Virus record (IMG/VR): IMGVR_UViG_3300032312_001958
DNA from: a virus
Taxonomy: Duplodnaviria; Caudoviricetes
Length of the DNA: 64,000 nt
Strand: one strand, 5' to 3'
Shown here: piece after piece, positions 19,800 to 28,551 of the stretch
How positions within the stretch are numbered: position 1 is the first letter of the stretch
How the letters are laid out: each line of letters begins with the position of its first letter
Notes under the pieces: model-generated
What the model saw: the letters and a program-made list of their open reading frames with translations, nothing else
The model's database searches: none
Told to the model about the DNA's origin: nothing
Position numbers and translations under genes: made by a program

Positions 19800-20652
19800 C
19801 CTTTTTTATCATCTTAACTAATTCACCTAAACTAATCCCTTCTTTATCCGCCATCTTTTTTAAAGATTTTAGATTATTTAAAAAAGTTTTAGACATTTTA
19901 GTTTCTTTTTTTGTTATATCTGAATCTTTTTTATTTTTTTGTACCAAAATATCCTCAATTAATTTCCTAGCATCCTCATTCCTTTTTTCTTCAATTTTCC
20001 TTTTTTCAAAAAGATTAAAAGTCCCAATAAAAGATTTTTTATTTTTAATTTTATTAGGAGTATTTGTTTCTTTTTTATCTTTTATGTCTTTACCAAATTT
20101 TTCAGTTCTGTCTTTCGCGTCTTCAGGTTCCATCCCCATGTTTTTTACAAGATATTTGAATGTTTTCTTACCATCCATATTTTTAGTTTCATCCCAACCA
20201 AACGCACCATCCATATCAATTTCAAGTATAGGTCCATCCTCAATAGACTCTCCATAATAAACTCGATAACCTCTTGTTACAGGATTATTGGTTTGTCTTG
20301 TCGCCACAACTTCTTGGTCAGTAGTTTTAATTGGTGAAAGTTTTGGATTAATAATTGGAATTTTTGAACTTAAAAATGTTCCATCATAATCAACTAATTC
20401 TCCAATTTCCCCTTTAAAATTTTTTAAATGAGATTTCATCTCATCTGTATTTTTAAATTTTTTTACTTTTTGAATTTTTTTAATTTCTTGTTTTACTTTT
20501 GGTAAATTTTTCTTTTCAAACAATATAACTTTATCGTTTTTTCTGGCCTCACTTAAAGTATTTGAAACTGAATAATATAACGCAATATCATCTTCTCTTT
20601 CCTTTAAAAAGAAATAATAATTGTTAGAAAAAGTCTCAATTTTATTATTCAT
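19792..20652 (-). CDS. Hypothetical protein
   Basis: Start reassigned to ATG at 20652 (MNNKIETF), preceded by TATTTATA; avoids overlap with the divergent gene. Confidence 0.7.
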   Translation of the reverse strand: MNNKIETFSNNYYFFLKEREDDIALYYSVSNTLSEARKNDKVILFEKKNLPKVKQEIKKIQKVKKFKNTDEMKSHLKNFKGEIGELVDYDGTFLSSKIPIINPKLSPIKTTDQEVVATRQTNNPVTRGYRVYYGESIEDGPILEIDMDGAFGWDETKNMDGKKTFKYLVKNMGMEPEDAKDRTEKFGKDIKDKKETNTPNKIKNKKSFIGTFNLFEKRKIEEKRNEDARKLIEDILVQKNKKDSDITKKETKMSKTFLNNLKSLKKMADKEGISLGELVKMIKKDE

Positions 20653-20697
20653 AATGTTTTTACCTATAAATACTTTGATTATTGTATTTATTAAAAG

Positions 20698-23658
20698 ATG
20701 AGTCAACAGAATATTAATCAATATGTCTTTAACAAATGGAAATTAAACCCAAGTTGGAATAATTTGGATATGTCATTGGCGTCCGATGAAACAGATTTTA
20801 ATGAGGAAGTTGTTTTTTCAACTCAATTAATTGGAATAAATAATGGTAATAGATTACCAATTTATTTTGATTTAAATAATTCAAATTCGTCCCAAAAACC
20901 TACCCTTAATTATGGGGACTATCTTACAGGTAATACTTTAGTATCATTAAATTATTATAATCCAAATAATGAAAATTTATCTTGTTTTACAGGTGATAGT
21001 TTATGTGATATAGGTTTAACAGGTATTGATAATGGATTAGTTCCTGAAATGTCAGGTGAGACAATATATTTTAGTATGGGGTTATATACAGGTACCACAA
21101 AATGGGACAGGTATCACTTTGACAGAAGGACTAAATTAATACCAATAAAATCGTATACTACAAATACTAATCGTTTTTCAGGTAATACAAAAGAAACAAT
21201 TTATAATATTGTATCAAAAACTGGTGATACAACAGGAGTTTATAATCAACTATATGGTGGGTTTAACCAAGGATTTTTTAAATTATTTGGATATGATTAT
21301 GAAACATTTCCAAATAGATGTAATAAAGGATGGTCAGTTGAGATGTTACTACGAGCAAGACAGGAGGACCAGTTTTACCCAACATCTGCAGAAACCACAT
21401 TAAATTTAACATATTCAGGTAACGAAAATACCTTTTTTTATTTGGGGACAAGAGCTGAAAATAAATTCTATCATCACGCGTCTGGGTCACCTGAATCTGA
21501 TTCAGGGTACACAAGAGTTACTGAAGTATTATCAGAATGTTTAAAAACATGTGCTTGTTCAAACTCTGGAGTAACAAACTCAAGATGTTTAGATGATATA
21601 TATGAACCATTAGTTTATACTTCACAACATAATGTAAATTGTAATTGTGGATGTTCGGAAAATGTAGTTGTAAATCCGGATAAAGACCCATTACTTGACT
21701 CAATGTCAAATACATTTTCATTAAGACTATCAGGTGACACTAAAAATCCGATAGTCTGTGTGAAAGTTTTAAAATTTACAGGAGGTTGCGAGACTACAGG
21801 TAGTTGTGAAACAACAGGTATAACATATACCACGGGATACACAATAAGTGAGTATTGTTCAACTAATAGGATATTTGAATATTGTGCTAGTAGTACTGAT
21901 TATATCAACAAAGAACATTGGTTTTTAATTGATTGTGTTTGGGAAAGAAACTCGTATTTTGACACTTGTGATTTATTATATCGTGGAGGTTTAGATTCAA
22001 TAACAAATACATATTATGTAAACTCTTTAGCCGGTAATTCTGTTAGTTTAATTACCGTACCATATACCCAATCAGGAGCAACTCCGGCAGAACAAGTTGA
22101 GATTGTTAATCTAAATGAGGAATGGTTAATTGAGAAGGATTATAGGCTAGGGTCTTTAAAAATATATGTTAATGGTCGATTGTTTTATGTAATTAATGGA
22201 TTTGAAGAAGTAATACCTCGAGGTTTAAATACTGAAAAAGAAAAACAAATTGGGGTTCCATTTAATATTTCATGGGGAGGGGGAACACAAGGATTGAGAG
22301 AAAGTTTAACGTTTAAATCTTGTTCACCTAGTGATTTTATTTCAGGATTATATGTTAATGACTTTAACACCATTCTTGGAAATAGTAATGAAGAAAATTT
22401 GTTAAAGTCATTTGTTGATACCCATAATTTTAATACGGTATATTATTATGATTTAACTGGAATTTTAGATAATAATATACAAATAGATAACTTAAAAAGT
22501 TTTAACACGTCAATCAGATTATCCGGAGTAACGACAATTGGAGGTATTGGGGGTAGTTACCAAACATTAGCGGGTTCGGGGACGACAGGTAATAATTCAA
22601 GATTATATTATAATACGGGATGTACTGAAGATAGTCAGAAATTTGATGTGTTAAATTTGGAAAATGAGTTTTGGAATTATAACAATCCTGGAACTGTTGA
22701 TTTCGCAACTTACTATGGATATTTACAATCAGTAAATTCATCAACAACATTAACTTTTGATTCATATATTGGTCAAATTGATGACCCAACTTCAGCTTAT
22801 ACCCCAACACAAATTGCATCTAATTTAGTTTCAGAATTAGATAGAATATTGGTCGCATGTTACATTACAACTAATCAATTCACAGGGTCAACTAACTATG
22901 GGTTGAATACAGTTGATGAGGAATTAATACTAATTGGTGACGCCGCTATAAGTCAAAATAAAGTTCAGGATGTGATTATTATATTCCATGGAGGTAATTC
23001 ATACATGTATAATTATTTTAATGAATTTGGTTTCCAAGAAGCGTTCAATAATTTCAAAGAATCGTATGACAACTGGAATAACTCTTCCAAATTAGGTATT
23101 AATCTTAAAGGGTATTTTATTTATGGTTATCAACAAGTTAAGAATATTACACAAGTAAGTTCAGGGTCAAGTATTGGTTATTTTGAATATCAACAAGACC
23201 CTGAATGTATGCCAAATCAAACATTATCTGGAACATCATTGTCCGCATTAACGACTAACATATATATTGAACCTCAATTTGGGGGGTCATTTGATGGCGC
23301 AATTTCACAATTTAGAATGTATACCGAACCATTAACATACCCTGAAGTAGTTCATAATTTTGACATACTTAAAGGTCAATGGGAATTGTTTGACTATAAA
23401 TGTCCTAGTTGTTCTGATATTGTAATTAATGATATAATCGGAACTCAATCCGGTACGGATATTATTTTTAGTTCAGAGTTTTTCTCAGGAAATACATTTA
23501 ATTTATATTATTACAAAGATTCGGGAGAACCAAGATATGTTGTTACTGAAAATGAAACTTTTCCGTATACCATGGACACAACTTTGGTCCCAAATTGCTG
23601 TGGTAATAATTTTTATTTTTATATTATAGAATTAGACCAAACATTCCTTTACACATAA
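20698..23658 (+). CDS. Large Cys/Thr/Gly-rich virion protein; LamG/concanavalin-like fold with an inserted TIM-barrel-like domain
   Basis: WSVEMLLR, LKIYVNGRL, FDGAISQFRMYTEPLTYPEV (LamG-like); insert begins GLYVNDFNTILGN. Confidence 0.6.
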   Translation: MSQQNINQYVFNKWKLNPSWNNLDMSLASDETDFNEEVVFSTQLIGINNGNRLPIYFDLNNSNSSQKPTLNYGDYLTGNTLVSLNYYNPNNENLSCFTGDSLCDIGLTGIDNGLVPEMSGETIYFSMGLYTGTTKWDRYHFDRRTKLIPIKSYTTNTNRFSGNTKETIYNIVSKTGDTTGVYNQLYGGFNQGFFKLFGYDYETFPNRCNKGWSVEMLLRARQEDQFYPTSAETTLNLTYSGNENTFFYLGTRAENKFYHHASGSPESDSGYTRVTEVLSECLKTCACSNSGVTNSRCLDDIYEPLVYTSQHNVNCNCGCSENVVVNPDKDPLLDSMSNTFSLRLSGDTKNPIVCVKVLKFTGGCETTGSCETTGITYTTGYTISEYCSTNRIFEYCASSTDYINKEHWFLIDCVWERNSYFDTCDLLYRGGLDSITNTYYVNSLAGNSVSLITVPYTQSGATPAEQVEIVNLNEEWLIEKDYRLGSLKIYVNGRLFYVINGFEEVIPRGLNTEKEKQIGVPFNISWGGGTQGLRESLTFKSCSPSDFISGLYVNDFNTILGNSNEENLLKSFVDTHNFNTVYYYDLTGILDNNIQIDNLKSFNTSIRLSGVTTIGGIGGSYQTLAGSGTTGNNSRLYYNTGCTEDSQKFDVLNLENEFWNYNNPGTVDFATYYGYLQSVNSSTTLTFDSYIGQIDDPTSAYTPTQIASNLVSELDRILVACYITTNQFTGSTNYGLNTVDEELILIGDAAISQNKVQDVIIIFHGGNSYMYNYFNEFGFQEAFNNFKESYDNWNNSSKLGINLKGYFIYGYQQVKNITQVSSGSSIGYFEYQQDPECMPNQTLSGTSLSALTTNIYIEPQFGGSFDGAISQFRMYTEPLTYPEVVHNFDILKGQWELFDYKCPSCSDIVINDIIGTQSGTDIIFSSEFFSGNTFNLYYYKDSGEPRYVVTENETFPYTMDTTLVPNCCGNNFYFYIIELDQTFLYT

Positions 23659-23693
23659 TTTAATTGTAGTATTTTTTGGATAAAAATATTAAT

Positions 23694-24938
23694 ATGAAAA
23701 TTTTTATCCAAATTGCGTCTTATCGAGACCCACAATTAATACCAACAATTAAGTCCGCATTAGAAAATGCTAAACATCCTGAAAATTTAGTTTTTGCAAT
23801 CGCAAGACAATTTTACCATGAAGATGGGTTTGATAATTTAGACGAATACAGAAATGATGATAGATTTAGAATTTTAGATATACCTTATGAGGAATCAAAA
23901 GGTGCATGTTGGGCTAGAAATCAAATACAACAACTTTATCAAAAAGAAGAGTACACTCTTCAAATAGATTCTCATATGAGATTTGCGGAAAATTGGGATG
24001 TTGAAATGATTGGGATGATTAAACAATTACAAAAGAAAGGACATAAAAAACCTTTATTAACAGGATACGTACCATCCTTTGACCCTGATGATGACCCTAA
24101 CTCAAGAGTAATGGAACCATGGAGAATGGTATTTGATAGGTTTATACCTGAAGGTGCTGTGTTTTTCTTACCTGAGGTAATACCTGGATGGCAAAATATG
24201 ACAGAACCAGTACCTGCAAGATTTTATTCTGCACATTATTGTTTTACTTTAGGTAAATTTTCAAAAGAAGTTCAACACGACCCTGAATTTTATTTTCATG
24301 GGGAAGAAATATCAATTGCCGCTAGAGCTTATACCCATGGATATGATTTATTTCATATCCATAAAATTTTAATTTGGCATGAATATACAAGAAAGGGTAG
24401 AACTAAACAATGGGATGATGATAAAGATTGGGTGAGTAAAAATGATTATTGTCACAAGAAAAATAGGAGTTTATTTGGGATGGATGGTGAAGAACCAATG
24501 AACCATGGAAAGTATGGATTTGGTAAAAAAAGAAGTTTAAAAGACTATGAAAAATATTCAGGATTACTTTTTTCCAAACGAGCCATCCAACAATGGACAA
24601 TAGATAAAAACTATCCTCCTAATCCGTATAATTTTAATACTGAAGAAGAATGGATGAATTCGTTCTCATCAATATTTAAACATTGTATTGATTTACAATA
24701 TTCACAAGTACCTGAAAAAGATTACGATTTTTGGGTTGTTGCATTTCATGATGAAAATGATGAAACACTCTTTAGAAAAGATGCCGATAAATCTGAAATT
24801 AATCGTATGATGAATGACCCAGATGGTTACGTTAAAGTATGGAGAGAATTCAATATGGTTAAACAACCAAAATATTGGGTAGTTTGGCCTCATTCTGAAT
24901 CAAAGGATTGGTGTGAAAGAATATCAGGTAATTTATAA
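23694..24938 (+). CDS. GT60-like polypeptide N-acetylglucosaminyltransferase (Skp1 GlcNAc-transferase family)
   Basis: IFIQIASYRD, GACWARNQIQ, LQIDSHMRFAENWD, FHGEEISIAARAYTHGYD, WHEY; ATG at 23694. Confidence 0.8.
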   Translation: MKIFIQIASYRDPQLIPTIKSALENAKHPENLVFAIARQFYHEDGFDNLDEYRNDDRFRILDIPYEESKGACWARNQIQQLYQKEEYTLQIDSHMRFAENWDVEMIGMIKQLQKKGHKKPLLTGYVPSFDPDDDPNSRVMEPWRMVFDRFIPEGAVFFLPEVIPGWQNMTEPVPARFYSAHYCFTLGKFSKEVQHDPEFYFHGEEISIAARAYTHGYDLFHIHKILIWHEYTRKGRTKQWDDDKDWVSKNDYCHKKNRSLFGMDGEEPMNHGKYGFGKKRSLKDYEKYSGLLFSKRAIQQWTIDKNYPPNPYNFNTEEEWMNSFSSIFKHCIDLQYSQVPEKDYDFWVVAFHDENDETLFRKDADKSEINRMMNDPDGYVKVWREFNMVKQPKYWVVWPHSESKDWCERISGNL

Positions 24939-24941
24939 AAA

Positions 24942-25013
24942 ATGAATAAAGTTATAAAGTACTGGAATAAGGATTTAGTTTCCCAACATATTACTGACAA
25001 AATAAATTTTTAA
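24942..25013 (+). pseudogene. 23-codon mini-ORF, possible internally deleted gene relic
   Basis: MNKVIKYWNKDLVSQHITDKINF* fills the gap between two genes. Confidence 0.35.
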
Positions 25014-25024
25014 TACTTAAAATT

Positions 25025-25663
25025 ATGAAAAAAATAATTAGTTTTTCTTTATACGGTAATGACCCAAAGTATACTTTTGGGGCTTTATGTAATGCTGAAT
25101 TAAGAAAAGAAATTTATCCTGATTGGATTTGTAGATTTTATTGTGGAACAAGTGTTCCTCAAGAAATAATAGAAAATCTTTTAAATTATAGTAATACTGA
25201 AGTAATTATGATGGACGAGACTCAAAAATATTCATTTAGAATGTGGAGATATTTACCAATGATTGATAAAGAAGTATCTATATTTTTATCTAGAGACGCC
25301 GATTCAAGACTATCATTCAGAGAAAAAAAATGTGTCGATATTTTTATAGAATCGGATAGTTTAATACATTCAATACAGGATAATTTTAATCACCCTGATT
25401 TTATGGCAGGTATGTGGGCAATGAAAAAAAGTATTGATATTGACCTAATTAGACTATTTGAGGAGTGGGGAGAAGAAAAAACCTACGACTCTGACCAACT
25501 TTTTTTAAGAGAGAAAATTGTACCTTTATTTGGTGATAAAAAATTAATTCATTGCTCAACATTTGATAAAACATTCCCAAATGTTGATGAAACTAATCAT
25601 TTTGTAGGTGAGGTTTTTCCTTGGGATAATCATGGTAGACCTAAAAATTATATTTTTTATTGA
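25025..25663 (+). CDS. Putative GT-A glycosyltransferase-like protein
   Basis: IISFSLYG..PKY..GA..NA, WRYLP, SRDADSR, AGMW, DQLFL. Confidence 0.6.
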   Translation: MKKIISFSLYGNDPKYTFGALCNAELRKEIYPDWICRFYCGTSVPQEIIENLLNYSNTEVIMMDETQKYSFRMWRYLPMIDKEVSIFLSRDADSRLSFREKKCVDIFIESDSLIHSIQDNFNHPDFMAGMWAMKKSIDIDLIRLFEEWGEEKTYDSDQLFLREKIVPLFGDKKLIHCSTFDKTFPNVDETNHFVGEVFPWDNHGRPKNYIFY

Positions 25664-26556
25664 TGAAGTTATTAATACAGCACAATTTTATAACAGGGTT
25701 AGGTGATATGTACGTATCGGTTACCCAATATTTAGAATTTGCAAATGAATATAAAAATAAAGGATATGAAACTGAGCTTGTAGTTTGTTTTAGAGAAAAC
25801 AAATATATTGATATGATTGATTTTTCAGAAATATTTGATATGGAATATTTTAGTGTTTTTGATAAAATTTCATATGTGAAAAAACCAATTTTAAAAAAGA
25901 AATATGAAGAGTTAACTTATGTGTTTACCGCCAATTTAACAGTCGACCCAAAACCAGGACAGCAAGATTGGGACGTATTTTTATCAGAATCAAACGAAAA
26001 ATTAATAATACCAAATTCAACAACTTACAGATTATTAGTCGATAATAATCAACCAAAAATTAAACCAAAATTTTCTAAAGACATTATTAACAAATCAGAT
26101 ATAATCTCCCGACAAATAGGTGATGATTACAATTATTTACAAATTAGAATGAATGATGAAAAAAGACTAACAAAAGATGACTATAAAATGTTAGAGTTAT
26201 TTCATAATAAAATTATTCAAACTAATGAGGTTTTTCATATAGGTTCAAATAGTCACGAAGTTTTAAATTTCTTTAACAATAAAAAAAATGTTTTTACATA
26301 TGGATTTAAATCTAGTTGTGAATTTGATAGTAATCACAATTATTTTGGTCACACTAATTTAACAAATGAGGAGTATATACAAAGATTAAAAGACAACATT
26401 GTTGAAATGGTTAGTATAAAAAACGCTAAAAAAATTTATCAATACTCTGAAATTTTTTGGATTTCACAATTTTTGTTTTACTCATTTGTTGAGAACATAG
26501 GAAATATAAATTTTTATAGAGTTAATAATCAATTTGAAACAATAAGTTATATTTAA
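25660..26556 (+). CDS. Putative fucosyltransferase-like (GT11/GT23/O-FucT-type) protein
   Basis: HNFITGLGD N-terminal motif, LQIRMND, SQF; weak similarity. Confidence 0.45.
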   Translation: MMKLLIQHNFITGLGDMYVSVTQYLEFANEYKNKGYETELVVCFRENKYIDMIDFSEIFDMEYFSVFDKISYVKKPILKKKYEELTYVFTANLTVDPKPGQQDWDVFLSESNEKLIIPNSTTYRLLVDNNQPKIKPKFSKDIINKSDIISRQIGDDYNYLQIRMNDEKRLTKDDYKMLELFHNKIIQTNEVFHIGSNSHEVLNFFNNKKNVFTYGFKSSCEFDSNHNYFGHTNLTNEEYIQRLKDNIVEMVSIKNAKKIYQYSEIFWISQFLFYSFVENIGNINFYRVNNQFETISYI

Positions 26557-26596
26557 AAATCATCATTATTTAATATATTAATAAAAAACTATAAAC

Positions 26597-26968
26597 ATGG
26601 AATACCCAATAAGTGAAATTTTAGATAGATATTCTATCGCTATTTTAAAAAAAGAAAGATTAGATATTGATAATCAAAAAGAAATTAATGATTTAAAAGT
26701 TGTTATAGAATCTTATAAAGATGAGAATTTTGAATTTATTGAATCCTATATAACTAAATTAATAGATATAAATGGAAAAATATGGGATTTAGAATCGGAT
26801 ATTAGAAAAGGTAAAGAAGGAGTGTTAGGATTAGAAGAAGTTGGTAGAAGAGCAATTCTTATTCGAGAAAATAATAAAATAAGAGTTGGATATAAAAACG
26901 AAATTGTTGAATATTTTGGAGTTGGTTATTTAGACATAAAAATGAATCACGTTAGTTCCAATGGATAA
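26597..26968 (+). CDS. DUF6165-like helical protein
   Basis: PISEILDRYSIAILK, INGKIWDLESDIR, NKIR..YKNEI; paralog at 46084. Confidence 0.6.
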   Translation: MEYPISEILDRYSIAILKKERLDIDNQKEINDLKVVIESYKDENFEFIESYITKLIDINGKIWDLESDIRKGKEGVLGLEEVGRRAILIRENNKIRVGYKNEIVEYFGVGYLDIKMNHVSSNG

Positions 26969-28550
26969 GATAGTTATAACCCTTACAACCGTACCCCAAA
27001 GACTTTCTTACAATGTCGATGATGGATTTAAATTGGTTTTAAAATCACTTTGTGAACAAAACCATGAAAATTATGAGGTTCATTTAAATTTACCGTATTT
27101 TTATAATGTTACAGATGAAGAGTATATTATACCTGATTGGTTAAATGAATATAGTCAAAAATACAGTCATTTTAAAATTTTTAGAACTCCCGATTATGGA
27201 CCCCCAACTAAAGTTGTCCCAACAATAAAGAGAGAAAGTAAAAATACTTTAATGATTATTGTTGATGATGATTTAATTTATCATCCAGACATGATTAACG
27301 AACATTTAAAATATCATGACTTGCTTGACGACTCAGTAATTTTATATGACGGTAGAAGTTTAGTTTATCCTAAATTTGGTGATTTAAGAGATGCTTGGGT
27401 TTTAACTGTAAATGAAATATTAAGAGTTAAAGAATTACAACATTATAAATCCGCGTCATATTTTGTCAAATATTTTGAGGATGATTTTTTCAGAGATTTT
27501 GTTGGTCATACTAAATCAGATGATGTTTTAATGTCTTATTATTTTAGATATAAAGATATACCAATGTATGTTGTTCCTTATGAAGAAGAAGCAAAATTAA
27601 TATTTGATTACGATAGTTGGCATAAAACTCAACGGGTTGAAACTTTTCCAGTAATTAGACCCTCAAATAGTTTAATGGACACTGGATGTAATCACCCTGA
27701 TATATTAAAAAATGAACCAAAATTTTTTATACCTGATAGTTTTAAACATGTGGACCAAAAACCATTTATCAGTAAACATGAAAATATTATAGGTACAAAT
27801 AATAAAAAAACTATTGAAGTACCGATTCAAAATAGAACACTAAATAACAAATTAGAAATCCATAGAGTTAGAGATTTAATTTTAAAAATTAGCGAAGATT
27901 TTAATAAGATTGATAAGAAATTTTGGGACACAATTCATTTAACAGGTGAAGAACACGATTTCCAAAGAAGTAAGCCCGCTCCTTACATAAAAAAAACTTG
28001 TGAGATTGGAAAAATTTTAGGATTAAAAACTGTGGTTGAAATTGGTGCAACTAGACATGGAATAACTCCTAATTGTGTTAATTATTTTTACAATTCTAAT
28101 AATCCATTTGTATCACCTACATGTTGTGCGGATGGTCACGGAGGAATATTTTTCTCATTAGAAGGATTTGAAACTTACTCAGTTGATATTGATGAAAATT
28201 GTGAGACACATATTAGATGGTCATACGAATCTATTGGTAGGGAAATCCCAAGTAACCTAAATTTATTCATACCTAAAGACGGGATAGAATTTTTAAATGA
28301 ATTTGAAGGTAATATTGATATTTTATTTCTTGATGGTTGGGATGTTGGTACTCATGAATATGCTGAAAATCATTTAAAGGCATTTGAAGTCTCTAAAGAA
28401 AAGTTATCCGATATTCATTTAATTTTAATTGATGATACTGATTTTACAATGAGTGAGGGTAAAGATGTTTTATTGTCACCACATTTAATATCATTAGGTT
28501 ACACTTTATTATTCGATGGTAGACAAAAACTTTATATAAATAAAATTTGA
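26961..28550 (+). CDS. Glycosyltransferase (GT-A) + SAM methyltransferase fusion
   Basis: N-terminal ITLTTVPQR, DYGPPTK, VDDDLIY, SDDV; C-terminal VVEIGATR, FLDGWD, LIDDTD. Confidence 0.7.
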   Translation: MDKIVITLTTVPQRLSYNVDDGFKLVLKSLCEQNHENYEVHLNLPYFYNVTDEEYIIPDWLNEYSQKYSHFKIFRTPDYGPPTKVVPTIKRESKNTLMIIVDDDLIYHPDMINEHLKYHDLLDDSVILYDGRSLVYPKFGDLRDAWVLTVNEILRVKELQHYKSASYFVKYFEDDFFRDFVGHTKSDDVLMSYYFRYKDIPMYVVPYEEEAKLIFDYDSWHKTQRVETFPVIRPSNSLMDTGCNHPDILKNEPKFFIPDSFKHVDQKPFISKHENIIGTNNKKTIEVPIQNRTLNNKLEIHRVRDLILKISEDFNKIDKKFWDTIHLTGEEHDFQRSKPAPYIKKTCEIGKILGLKTVVEIGATRHGITPNCVNYFYNSNNPFVSPTCCADGHGGIFFSLEGFETYSVDIDENCETHIRWSYESIGREIPSNLNLFIPKDGIEFLNEFEGNIDILFLDGWDVGTHEYAENHLKAFEVSKEKLSDIHLILIDDTDFTMSEGKDVLLSPHLISLGYTLLFDGRQKLYINKI

Positions 28551-28551
28551 T

